DNA of 36,349 bases from a virus (taxonomy: Duplodnaviria > Heunggongvirae > Uroviricota > Caudoviricetes): positions 1-36,349 of the IMG/VR virus record IMGVR_UViG_2718217867_000002, one strand, 5' to 3'. Under the pieces are notes generated by a model, which had not been told where the DNA came from, made no database searches, and worked only from the letters and a program-made list of their open reading frames with translations. Below, piece by piece: positions 16,283-25,900 of this stretch. Position numbers and translations under genes: made by a program. Within the stretch, counting starts at the first letter, position 1. Each line of letters begins with the position of its first letter.

Positions 16283-17523
16283 TGTTCTTTTCGGGATTAT
16301 TTCAACGAAAAAGTGACGCGCCGGTGACCACGCCAGCAGAGCTGGCGGATGCCATCGGGTTGTCTTACGACACCTATACCGGAAAGCAGATCAGCAGTCA
16401 GCGGGCCATGCGACTGACGGCGGTTTTTTCCTGCGTCAGAGTGCTGGCAGAGTCGGTCGGGATGTTGCCCTGCAATCTGTATCACCTGAACGGCAGCCTG
16501 AAACAGAGGGCCACCGGCGAACGTCTGCATAAGCTGATCTCCACGCATCCCAATGGCTATATGACGCCGCAGGAGTTCTGGGAGCTGGTGGTCACCTGTC
16601 TGTGCCTGAGGGGAAACTTTTACGCCTACAAAGTGAAAGCATTTGGCGAAGTGGCTGAACTGCTGCCCGTCGATCCCGGTTGTGTGGTACCGAAGCTTAA
16701 CAGTCGCTGGGAGCCGGTCTATCAGGTCACATTCCCGGACGGTTCCACGGATGTACTGAGCCAGGAAGATATCTGGCATGTGCGCACGCTGACGCTGGAC
16801 GGTCTGGTGGGACTGAATCCCATCGCCTATGCCCGCGAGGCAATATCGCTGGCGGCAGCGACCGAAGAGCACGGGGCCAGACTGTTCAGCAATGGCGCGG
16901 TGACGTCGGGTGTGTTGCGTACAGAGCAGACGCTGTCAGATCAGGCTTACGAGCGCCTGAAGAAAGATTTTGAGGAGCGTCACACCGGGCTTGGTAATGC
17001 TCACCGCCCGATGATCCTTGAGATGGGGCTGGACTGGAAGTCGATGGCGCTGAACGCCGAGGACAGCCAGTTCCTGGAAACCCGCAAGTTTCAGCTTGAA
17101 GAAATCTGTCGTCTGTTCCGGGTGCCGTTGCACATGGTGCAGAACACCGATCGCGCCACCTTCAACAATATTGAAGAGCTGGGGCTGGGATTTATCAACT
17201 ATTCACTGGTGCCGTATCTGACCCGCATCGAACAGCGGATCAACACCGGACTGGTACGAAAAAGTAAGCAGGGCGTTTATTACGCCAAATTTAACGCCGG
17301 GGCGTTACTGCGCGGGGATATGAAGTCCCGTTTTGAAGCCTACGCCACCGGGATTAACTGGGGAATTTACTCTCCCAATGACTGCCGCGACCTGGAAGAT
17401 ATGAATCCGCGTCCCGGTGGTGATGTCTATCTCACACCGATGAACATGACCACGAAACCCTCCGATGGCAGTAAAGCCGGTAAGCAGAAGGATAACGCCA
17501 ATGCAGACGAAACAACGTCTTGA
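16282..17523 (+). CDS. Portal protein (HK97 family)
   Basis: 413 aa; GTG start after GGAGG; followed by protease and capsid genes in HK97 order. Confidence 0.9.
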   Translation: MFFSGLFQRKSDAPVTTPAELADAIGLSYDTYTGKQISSQRAMRLTAVFSCVRVLAESVGMLPCNLYHLNGSLKQRATGERLHKLISTHPNGYMTPQEFWELVVTCLCLRGNFYAYKVKAFGEVAELLPVDPGCVVPKLNSRWEPVYQVTFPDGSTDVLSQEDIWHVRTLTLDGLVGLNPIAYAREAISLAAATEEHGARLFSNGAVTSGVLRTEQTLSDQAYERLKKDFEERHTGLGNAHRPMILEMGLDWKSMALNAEDSQFLETRKFQLEEICRLFRVPLHMVQNTDRATFNNIEELGLGFINYSLVPYLTRIEQRINTGLVRKSKQGVYYAKFNAGALLRGDMKSRFEAYATGINWGIYSPNDCRDLEDMNPRPGGDVYLTPMNMTTKPSDGSKAGKQKDNANADETTS

Positions 17524-18151
17524 TGTACCGCTGAGTCTGAAATCTGTCAGTGACTCCGGTGAGTTTGAAGGGTATGGCTCCGTCTTTGGTGTAAAGGACA
17601 GTCACGATGATGTGGTGATGTCCGGGGCATTTGCTGCTTCCCTGCGGGCGTGGAGTGACAGAAAAGCGTTACCTGCGCTGCTCTGGCAGCACCGCATGGA
17701 TGAACCCATCGGTGTTTACACCGAAATGAAGGAAGACGATGTCGGGCTTTACGTCAGGGGACGGTTGCTTATTGATGATGATCCCCTCGCAAAACGCGCA
17801 CATGCACACATGAAGGCCGGTTCGTTAACCGGCCTTTCTATTGGGTACGTCCTGAAAGACTGGGAATACGACCGGAGCAAAGAAGCCTTTCTGCTGAAAG
17901 AAATCGACCTCTGGGAAGTCAGCCTGGTGACGTTCCCGTCTAACGACGAGGCGCGGATCAGCGACGTCAAGAACGCGCTGGCCCGCGGGGAAATCCCCGA
18001 ACAGAAAAAAATCGAAAGAGTCCTGCGTGATGTCGGACTCTCCCGTACCCAGGCCAAAGCATTCATGGCCGGGGGCTATGGCGCACTGTCCCTGCGCGAC
18101 GCTGAGGATGTGGGCTCTGCACTGAATGCACTGAAAAATCTGAACTTCTAA
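17501..18151 (+). CDS. Prohead maturation protease (HK97 family)
   Basis: ATG at 17501 with AAGGA RBS (the ORF track also allows 17465); between portal and major capsid. Confidence 0.85.
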   Translation: MQTKQRLDVPLSLKSVSDSGEFEGYGSVFGVKDSHDDVVMSGAFAASLRAWSDRKALPALLWQHRMDEPIGVYTEMKEDDVGLYVRGRLLIDDDPLAKRAHAHMKAGSLTGLSIGYVLKDWEYDRSKEAFLLKEIDLWEVSLVTFPSNDEARISDVKNALARGEIPEQKKIERVLRDVGLSRTQAKAFMAGGYGALSLRDAEDVGSALNALKNLNF

Positions 18152-18165
18152 TCAGGAGAAATACG

Positions 18166-19371
18166 ATGGCGGTTGATATTAAAGATGTCGAACAGGTCGC
18201 GCAGGAGCTGCAGCAGAAGTTTGACGACTTCAAAGCAAAGAACGACAGGCGCGTGGATGCGATTGAGCAGGAAAAAGGCAAACTTGCCGGGCAGGTGGAA
18301 ACCCTGAACGGAAAACTCAGCGAGCTGGAAAATCTCAAAAGCGATCTTGAAAAAGAGCTGCTTGAGCTGAAACGTCCGGCAGGTGGTGCGCAAAATAAAC
18401 TGGCCACCGAGCATAAAGAAGCGTTTGTGGGCTTCCTGCGTAAAGGCCGTGAAGATGGTCTGCGCGATCTGGAGCGTAAGGCATTACAGGTGGGCACCGA
18501 TGAAGACGGCGGCTATGCCGTGCCGGAAGAACTGGATCGCAACATTCTCAATCTGCTGAAAGATGAAGTGGTGATGCGCCAGGAAGCCACGGTGATCACC
18601 GTTGGCGGTTCCGACTACAAAAAACTGGTGAATCTGGGCGGCACGGCTTCCGGATGGGTTGGCGAGACTGACGCGCGCTCCCAGACTGCCACCTCAAAAC
18701 TGGGACTGATTGAACCTTTCATGGGGGAAATCTACGGTAACCCGCAGGCCACCCAGAAAATGCTGGACGATGCTTTCTTCAACGTGGAGGCCTGGATCAA
18801 CAGCGAGCTGGCAACCGAATTTGCCGAACAGGAAGAAATTGCCTTTACCACCGGCGATGGTACCAAGAAGCCGAAAGGGTTCCTGGCGTATGAGTCCACT
18901 GATGAAACCGACAAGGTCCGGGCGTTCGGCAAACTTCAGCATATTGTATCCGGCGAAGCGACGGCAGTGACCGCAGATGCCATTATCAAACTGATTTACA
19001 CGCTGCGTAAGGCACACCGCACTGGCGCGAAGTTCATGATGAACAACAACAGCCTGTTTGCCATCCGTCTGCTTAAAGACAGCGAGGGTAACTATCTGTG
19101 GCGTCCAGGGCTGGAACTGGGGCAGCCGTCCTCTCTGGCGGGTTACGGTATCGCTGAAAACGAACAGATGCCGGATATCGCCGCTGATGCGAAAGCCATT
19201 GCATTTGGTAACTTCAAACGGGGTTACACCATCGTTGACCGTATCGGCACCCGCATTCTGCGTGACCCGTACACCAATAAACCGTTTGTCGGTTTTTATA
19301 CCACCAAGCGCACCGGCGGGATGCTGGTCGATTCGCAGGCCATCAAACTGCTGAAGATTGCAGCAGCGTAA
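18166..19371 (+). CDS. Major capsid protein (HK97 fold) with N-terminal coiled-coil delta domain
   Basis: 401 aa; AGGAGAAA RBS; coiled-coil N-terminus then capsid domain. Confidence 0.9.
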   Translation: MAVDIKDVEQVAQELQQKFDDFKAKNDRRVDAIEQEKGKLAGQVETLNGKLSELENLKSDLEKELLELKRPAGGAQNKLATEHKEAFVGFLRKGREDGLRDLERKALQVGTDEDGGYAVPEELDRNILNLLKDEVVMRQEATVITVGGSDYKKLVNLGGTASGWVGETDARSQTATSKLGLIEPFMGEIYGNPQATQKMLDDAFFNVEAWINSELATEFAEQEEIAFTTGDGTKKPKGFLAYESTDETDKVRAFGKLQHIVSGEATAVTADAIIKLIYTLRKAHRTGAKFMMNNNSLFAIRLLKDSEGNYLWRPGLELGQPSSLAGYGIAENEQMPDIAADAKAIAFGNFKRGYTIVDRIGTRILRDPYTNKPFVGFYTTKRTGGMLVDSQAIKLLKIAAA

Positions 19372-19377
19372 TCATTC

Positions 19378-19400
19378 AGGGGGCGCAGAAGTGCGCCCCT
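19378..19400 (+). terminator. Hairpin downstream of the capsid gene (possible partial terminator or stabiliser)
   Basis: GGGGCGC-agaa-GTGCGCCCC perfect GC-rich stem; weak U-tract. Confidence 0.35.
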
Positions 19401-19421
19401 GTTCTGACAGGTGAAAGAATC

Positions 19422-19610
19422 ATGATCCTGAAACAAGATCTGAAATGGTCACCGGACGGTATGCGTGTTGAGATTATTCGGGCCGGTGAGTATGAAGATA
19501 AAGAATTACCCGAACGGGTACGCGAAATTGCCACTGCAGCTGGGATTGTCTCTGATAAGAGAACACCTGTTGCGCGGGGGGCTGATAAGTCTAAAAAACA
19601 GCATTCATAG
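19422..19610 (+). CDS. Hypothetical small protein (62 aa)
   Basis: ORF between capsid and connector genes. Confidence 0.4.
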   Translation: MILKQDLKWSPDGMRVEIIRAGEYEDKELPERVREIATAAGIVSDKRTPVARGADKSKKQHS

Positions 19611-19621
19611 AGGTTGCCCAA

Positions 19622-19927
19622 ATGATGCCCACTCTGGAAGAGCTTCGTGTTCAGTGCCGGATTGATGATGACAATGAACAGGAGAATTCTCTTCTTATGA
19701 TGTATCTGGCTGCTGCCAGGGAAGAGGCTGAAAAGTTTTTAAACCGGACGCTTTACGATGAAACTGTTTCTGAGCAGGATACGACCGGGTTTGTAATAAC
19801 ACCTCTGATAAAACTGCGTCTTATGCAACTGGTTGGCTACTGGTACGAGAACAGGGAAATGCAGGATGCAGTGCCTGATTTTTTCTATACCGGACTGCGG
19901 ATGTATCGGTTTCATCCCGGGACATAG
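19622..19927 (+). CDS. Head-tail connector / DNA-packaging protein (gp6-like)
   Basis: 101 aa; position after capsid. Confidence 0.7.
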   Translation: MMPTLEELRVQCRIDDDNEQENSLLMMYLAAAREEAEKFLNRTLYDETVSEQDTTGFVITPLIKLRLMQLVGYWYENREMQDAVPDFFYTGLRMYRFHPGT

Positions 19928-19935
19928 GAGGATTC

Positions 19936-20274
19936 ATGCAGGCAGGAAGATTACGTGATCGTGTGGTTATTCTGAATGCCACCACCGTTCGGTCTCCATC
20001 AGGGCACCCTGTGGAAACAATGACGGAAGGGGCAACCATATGGGCAGAAGTTAAGGGGATCAGTGGCAGGGAGAGAATATCCGGAGGCGCAGAAACTGCT
20101 CAGGCTACAGTGAGGGTCTGGATGAGATTCCGGCGAGATGTGACAGCAACTTCATGTCTGAAAGTGCTGACTGGCGCATTCAAAGGCGCGATTCTGAGTA
20201 TAGACGGTCCGCCGATACCGGATGCCCGTGCCACCCGGCTTGAGATACTCTGTTCTCAGAAGGGGAATGTGTGA
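19936..20274 (+). CDS. Head closure / head-tail adaptor protein
   Basis: 112 aa; GGAGG RBS; position. Confidence 0.7.
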   Translation: MQAGRLRDRVVILNATTVRSPSGHPVETMTEGATIWAEVKGISGRERISGGAETAQATVRVWMRFRRDVTATSCLKVLTGAFKGAILSIDGPPIPDARATRLEILCSQKGNV

Positions 20275-20720
20275 TGGATTTCAGTCTTGATTTTTCAGGT
20301 CTGGCGGATATTGCACGGGATCTGGAGACGCTCAGCAGGGCAGAAAACAATAAGGTGCTGCGCGATGCCACCCGTGCCGGTGCTGAAGTTATGCGGGATG
20401 CAGTTGTTGAACGTGCGCCGGAGCGAACCGGGAAACTGAAGAAAAATGTGGTTGTTCTCACTCAGCGTTCAAAGCGTCGGGGGGAAATTATCTCGGGTGT
20501 CCACATTCGTGGACGGAACCTGCGAACCGGAAACAGTGATAACAGCATGAAAGCCAGCGATCCCCGAAATGCGTTTTACTGGCGCTTTGTGGAGCTGGGA
20601 ACGATAAACATGCCCGCGCATCCGTTCATTCGCCCGGCTTTCGATACGACAGAGGAACTGGCAGCACAGATTGCCATACAGCGAATGAATCAGGCTATTG
20701 ATGAGGTCTTAAGTAAATGA
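20274..20720 (+). CDS. HK97 gp10-like head-tail joining protein
   Basis: ATG overlapping the upstream stop (TGATG). Confidence 0.7.
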   Translation: MDFSLDFSGLADIARDLETLSRAENNKVLRDATRAGAEVMRDAVVERAPERTGKLKKNVVVLTQRSKRRGEIISGVHIRGRNLRTGNSDNSMKASDPRNAFYWRFVELGTINMPAHPFIRPAFDTTEELAAQIAIQRMNQAIDEVLSK

Positions 20721-21061
20721 GAGAGACCACACTGTATTCCCTGCTGTCTCAACTGGCCGGAGGACAGGTTTATCCTTATGTGGTCCCGCTGACGGAGGGA
20801 AAGCCTGCGGTATCTCCGCCATGGCTGGTGTTTTCTGTGGTGTCTGACACGGCATCTGATGTGCTTGATGGTCAGGCTGAATCAAGAATTACCGTGCAGA
20901 TCGATGTCTGGGCGACAGTACCTGATGACGCAGATGATATCCGTGAGCAGGCGCTTGATGCGGTAAGGCAACTGGCACCCTCCGTTATTTCTAAAACGCA
21001 GGGTTATGATCCTGATTCCCGTCTGAGCAGAGCCACGCTTGAATTTCAGGTAATAGCCTGA
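20717..21061 (+). CDS. Tail terminator / tail completion protein (gpU-like position)
   Basis: 114 aa; overlapping start; immediately upstream of the major tail gene. Confidence 0.6.
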   Translation: MRETTLYSLLSQLAGGQVYPYVVPLTEGKPAVSPPWLVFSVVSDTASDVLDGQAESRITVQIDVWATVPDDADDIREQALDAVRQLAPSVISKTQGYDPDSRLSRATLEFQVIA

Positions 21062-21078
21062 GATCGTTAATGATTTTA

Positions 21079-21107
21079 CCCACCCGCCGCTGGCGGTTTT
21101 TTTTATT
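21079..21107 (+). terminator. Intrinsic terminator-like hairpin before the major tail gene
   Basis: CCGCC-gct-GGCGG followed by eight T. Confidence 0.4.
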
Positions 21108-21121
21108 TTCAGGAGACGAGT

Positions 21122-21826
21122 ATGTCCTCTAATTTTGAACGTTCTCAGCAGACCAAAGTCATGATCTCGTCTGCACCGGTAACGGCAGAAACGCTGAGTT
21201 CTGCCAGTTTTCTTGAACTGAGCTGTACGATTAAAGAGGTTCAGTTTACCGCCGGGCAGAAACAGGATATTGATGTCACCACGCTGTGTTCTGTTGAGCA
21301 GGAAAATATTAACGGTCTTGGTGCCGCGTCAGAGATTTCCATGTCAGGCAACTTTTATCTGAATGCTGCCCAGAACGCGTTGCGCAGTGCCTATGACAAT
21401 GACACCACGTATGGCTTTAAAGTTATTTTTCCGTCAGGCAACGGATTTACCTTTATGGCAGAGGTGCGTCAGCATACCTGGTCTGCAGGAACCAATGGAG
21501 TTGTGGCTGCAACGTTTTCCCTGCGCCTGAAAGGTAAACCTGTACTGACGACAGAGCCACTGAAAGTGAAGGTCGATTTAAACAGCACGCTGCAGGTTTC
21601 TGCCGGAGCGAAACTCGAAATGGTGGTTGAGGCTGCCGGTGGTGTGCCGCCTTATTCTTATGTCTGGAAGAAAGGTGGTTCTCCTGTTTCCGGACAGACG
21701 GCGGCAACGTTCAGTAAGGCATCAGCAGCATCCGGTGATGCCGGTGCGTATACCTGCGAGATTTCTGATTCAGCAAGCCCGGTTAGCAAGGTGACCTCCA
21801 CTTCCTGCACTGTTACCGTCAGTTAA
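21122..21826 (+). CDS. Major tail protein with C-terminal Ig-like (Big_2-type) domain
   Basis: 234 aa; CAGGAGACGAG RBS; Ig-like C-terminus (GGVPPYSYVWKKGGSPVSGQTAATF...GAYTCEISD). Confidence 0.85.
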   Translation: MSSNFERSQQTKVMISSAPVTAETLSSASFLELSCTIKEVQFTAGQKQDIDVTTLCSVEQENINGLGAASEISMSGNFYLNAAQNALRSAYDNDTTYGFKVIFPSGNGFTFMAEVRQHTWSAGTNGVVAATFSLRLKGKPVLTTEPLKVKVDLNSTLQVSAGAKLEMVVEAAGGVPPYSYVWKKGGSPVSGQTAATFSKASAASGDAGAYTCEISDSASPVSKVTSTSCTVTVS

Positions 21827-22212
21827 TGAGGATAGATGTGATGACTAAAAATATCCGTAATCTGGCACTGGCAACGATGTCGGGGTTTCGCCATAAAACT
21901 GTTGATGTGCCTGAATGGGAAGGGGCAACGGTTGTATTACGGGAACCTTCTGCAGAAGCCTGGTTGCGCTGGCAGGAGATCGTTAAAGCAAAAGATGATG
22001 AGACACCGTTATCCGTTGCGGAGCGCGCCCGCCGAAATCTGGAGGCAGATGTTGAACTGTTCATTGATGTTCTGTGTGATACCGGACTGCAACCTGTATT
22101 TTCAGAGGATGATCGTGAACAGGTGATTGCCGTGTATGGCCCGGTGCATGCGCGGCTTCTTCGGCAGTCTCTGGAACTGATCAGTGATGCCGGTGAGGTT
22201 AAAAAAAAGTAG
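21826..22212 (+). CDS. Tail assembly chaperone G-like (short product)
   Basis: 128 aa ending ...GEVKKK; stop lies inside an A8 run; followed by a -1 frame ORF as for lambda G/GT. Confidence 0.75.
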   Translation: MRIDVMTKNIRNLALATMSGFRHKTVDVPEWEGATVVLREPSAEAWLRWQEIVKAKDDETPLSVAERARRNLEADVELFIDVLCDTGLQPVFSEDDREQVIAVYGPVHARLLRQSLELISDAGEVKKK

Positions 22213-22514
22213 CGCTTCCGGGGATGCGTTTTCTGATGATGCTGGCGCTCAGGATGGGGCGCACATTGTCAGAGTTACGCCGGGAAATGTCAGCATCAGA
22301 AATCATGATGTGGGCAGAATTTGACAGGTTCAGCCCGCTGGGTGACGAGCGGGCTGATATCCGGGCTGCCCAGATAGTTTCAGCTGTTTACGGTGCGCAG
22401 GGGGTCAAAGTGCCACTGAATGATGCGCTTCTTCAGTGGGAGAAGGAGCAGACAGAAGGCACCTCAGATCCATTTGCTGAGATTGAGAAGGCATTATTTG
22501 TTGCAGCTCGATGA
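22203..22514 (+). CDS. T-like segment of the G-T tail assembly chaperone fusion, reached by -1 programmed frameshift
   Basis: Slippery heptamer A_AAA_AAG at about 22203-22209; the downstream ORF 22224..22514 is in the -1 frame relative to G and has no start codon or RBS of its own. Confidence 0.65.
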   Translation, partial: KKVALPGMRFLMMLALRMGRTLSELRREMSASEIMMWAEFDRFSPLGDERADIRAAQIVSAVYGAQGVKVPLNDALLQWEKEQTEGTSDPFAEIEKALFVAAR

Positions 22515-22571
22515 TCTTTTCACTTGACTGGATTATTATTCCCATTTTATTGAGAAAGTAAGGAAACATTG

Positions 22572-22913
22572 ATGGAATTTTTACTTATTTCAATAGTTTT
22601 GGGACTAATTCCAGCTATTATTGCGAAAAGCAAAGGTCGCTCATTTTTAGGATGGTGGGTATATGGTGCGATGATCTTTATTGTTGCTCTGGTTCATTCG
22701 CTAGTAATCCAAAGAGATGAGAAGGCACATGAACAACAAATGGTAAGCAATGGCATGAAGAAATGCCCTTACTGTGCGGAGTTGATCAAAGAAGAGGCTA
22801 TTAAATGTAAGCATTGCGGTAGTGATTTAATTTGCAATGCAGATAGTTCCGTTTCACAAAAAACGGATGATGAATATCTTCAGGAAGCAAGGCGTAAGGC
22901 CGGACTTCTTTAA
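22572..22913 (+). CDS. Moron-encoded membrane protein with C-terminal zinc ribbon (2 TMDs plus CPYC-x12-CKHC)
   Basis: ATG at 22572 with AAGGA RBS (the ORF track starts at the TTG at 22569); AT-rich; own intrinsic terminator. Confidence 0.6.
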   Translation: MEFLLISIVLGLIPAIIAKSKGRSFLGWWVYGAMIFIVALVHSLVIQRDEKAHEQQMVSNGMKKCPYCAELIKEEAIKCKHCGSDLICNADSSVSQKTDDEYLQEARRKAGLL

Positions 22914-22920
22914 AGAATAC

Positions 22921-22949
22921 AAAAACCGCTTCGGCGGTTTTTTTTCGTC
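22921..22949 (+). terminator. Intrinsic terminator after the moron gene
   Basis: AAAACCGC-ttcg-GCGGTTTTTTTT. Confidence 0.55.
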
Positions 22950-22955
22950 CGGAGA

Positions 22956-25900
22956 ATGAGTGTGGCGACATTACGTGAACTGATTATTAAAATCTCGGCA
23001 AACTCCCGGTCATTCCAGTCAGAGATATCCCGGGCTTCGCGTATGGGGCAGGATTACTACCGCACCATGCAGAACGGAGGCCGACAGTCTGCTGCTGTAT
23101 CCCGTGAAATGCGGCGTGCACTGGCAGAAGTGACGGATCAGATAAATACAGCTAAATCTTCGGCACTGAACATGACGGTGGCATTTGCCGGGGCTTTTGC
23201 TACCGGTCATCTTATTTCTCTCGCCGATGAGTGGAATTCAGTAAATGCCCGTCTGAAGCAGGCCTCACAGTCCAGTGATGATTTTCAGGCATCACAGCGT
23301 GAATTAATGGCGATCAGCCAGAGAACGGGGACGGCGTTTTCTGATAACGCCAGCCTTTTTGCCCGTTCTGCAGCTTCCATGCGGGAGTATGGTTACAGTT
23401 CTGAGGAGGTACTGAAAGTCACCGAGGCGATCTCCACGGGCCTGAAATTATCCGGTGCCAGTACAGCAGAAGCCAGTTCGGTGATCACGCAGTTCAGTCA
23501 GGCTCTGGCGCAGGGAGTGCTGCGTGGTGAAGAGTTTAACTCGGTGAATGAGAACGGCGATCGTGTTATTCGTGCGCTGGCTGCGGGAATGGGAGTTGCC
23601 CGTAAGGATCTGAAGGCCATGGCGGATAACGGAAAACTGACCGCCGATAAGGTTGTTCCTGCACTGATTAGTCAGCTTGGGGCATTACGTGATGAATATG
23701 CGGCAATGCCTGATACGGTTTCATCCTCTGCAACCAAAGTTGAAAACGCCTTTATGGCCTGGGTTGGTGGTGCGAACGAGGCAAGTGGAGTGACGAAGAC
23801 GCTCTCCGGTGTGCTGAATGGTATTGCAGGCAATATTGACACCGTGGCAACCGCTGCCGGTGCTCTGGTTGCCGTCAGGGTAGCCCGATATTTTGGCAAT
23901 ATGGCGTCGTCTGCTGGATCTGCAACTGCCGGATTAATTACTGCAGCCAGAAACGAAGTGGCTCTTGCTGAAGCGCAACTTCGGGGGACACAGATAGCAA
24001 CAGCCAGGGCGCGTGCGGCGGTTTATCGTGCGCAACAGGCGGTTGTTGCTGCTCGCGGTACCGAAAGGCAGGCAGCCGCAGAAGCGAAACTGGCTGCTGC
24101 CCAGGCATCACTTACCCGTAATATTGCGGCCAGAACAGCAGCACAGACAACGCTGAATAGTGTCACGTCAGTGGGAAGTCGTCTGTTAAGTGGAGCACTG
24201 GGACTGGTTGGTGGGGTGCCGGGGCTTGTCATGCTGGGGGCCGCGGCCTGGTACACGATGTATCAGAATCAGGAGCAGGCCAGAGAATCTGCACGCCAGT
24301 ATGCCGCAACAATCGACGAAATTCGCCAGAAAACGTCGGCAATGTCGCTTCCTGAAGCGTCAGATAATGAGGAAAAGACGCGACAGGCACTGAAGGAGCA
24401 GAACAGGTTAATTGACGAGCAGAAAAGTAAGATTAAATCCTTACAGGAAAAAATTGCTGGCTATCAGTATGTGCTGGCAAACCCGGGCTGGACAACCGAT
24501 AACGGTTTTATGATTAACCACATGACGTCGGTAAAAACAGTCACAGAAGGGCTTGCAGAAGCAACAAATCAACTGGCAGTTGAACAGTCCCGTCTCACCC
24601 AAATGCAGGGCAAAGCGCAATCCATTCAGGATGTGCTTGCCGGGCTGGAGGAGCGACGAGTGGCGTTGATCCGTCAACAGGCAGCGGAACAAAACAAAGC
24701 GTATCAGTCCCTGTTGATCATGAATGGGCAGCATACCGAGTTTAATCGCCTTCTCGGGCTTGGTAATGAATTACTTCAGCAGCGACAGGGGCTGGTGAAT
24801 GTACCATTACGGCTGCCACAGGCAACCCTGGATGATAAACAGCAGACCGCACTGAATAACAGCAAGCGCGAACTGGCTCTGTCCCGCCTTAAGGGGGAAG
24901 CGCGTGAGCGTGCCCGACTGGGCTATGCTGCGGATGATCTCGGCTTTGTGGGGGAGGCATATCAGACAGCCAGACAGAATTATATCAATAACTCACTGGA
25001 TGCCTGGCGAAATAACCAGGCAAATAAACCCAAAGCGCATAAAAAGACCGAAGCGGAAAAAACAGAAGATATTTATAAACGGCTGATTAAACAGCAAAAA
25101 GAACAGATAGCACTGGCAGGGCAGAATACTGAACTGGCTAAGATGAAATATCAGGTCAGTCAGGGCGAATTATCAACCCTGTCAGAAGCGCAGAAAAAAA
25201 CGCTTTTACAGAATGCAGCACTCATCGACCAGAAAAAGATTCGTGAGCAGCTTGCCGCGTATGAAAGCAGTCTGGCGGACAGTAATGCCAGTGCCCGGGC
25301 ATCTGACGATGCGCAGTTGCTGGGATATGGTGAAGGCTCACGGATGCGTGAACGACTCCAGGAAATGTGGAGTATCCGGCAGGCGTTTGAGCAGAAAAAT
25401 AACGAGCTACTGAGACAGTATCAGGCCGGAGAAATTGAAGAAGCCCTGTGGAAACAGGAAAAATCGCTGAATGAGAAATATCTGGAAGAGCGTCTCAGCG
25501 ATCAGCAGGATTATTATGCAAAGGCTGATGCTTTACGCAGTGACTGGAATGCCGGCCTCCAGGAGGGACTGACGAACTGGGTCGACAGTGCCACCGATTA
25601 TGCTTCGCAGGCGGCAGATGCTGTCGTTTCCACTATGGACGGGCTGGTATCAAATATTTCCGATGCACTGGCCGGAAATGTTGTGGACTGGCGAAACTGG
25701 GGGAGTTCAATTCTCCAGGAAGTTTCAAAAATTCTGATGAACGCTGCCATCGTTAACGGGCTGAAGTCACTTTCCAAAAGCATGTCCGGTGCCGGAGGAT
25801 GGCTTGGTACGGTCGGCGACTGGCTTTCCGGTGCAGTGGCAAACGCAAAAGGTGGTGTTTACACATCGGCAAATCTGAGTGCTTACAGTAACACTATTGT

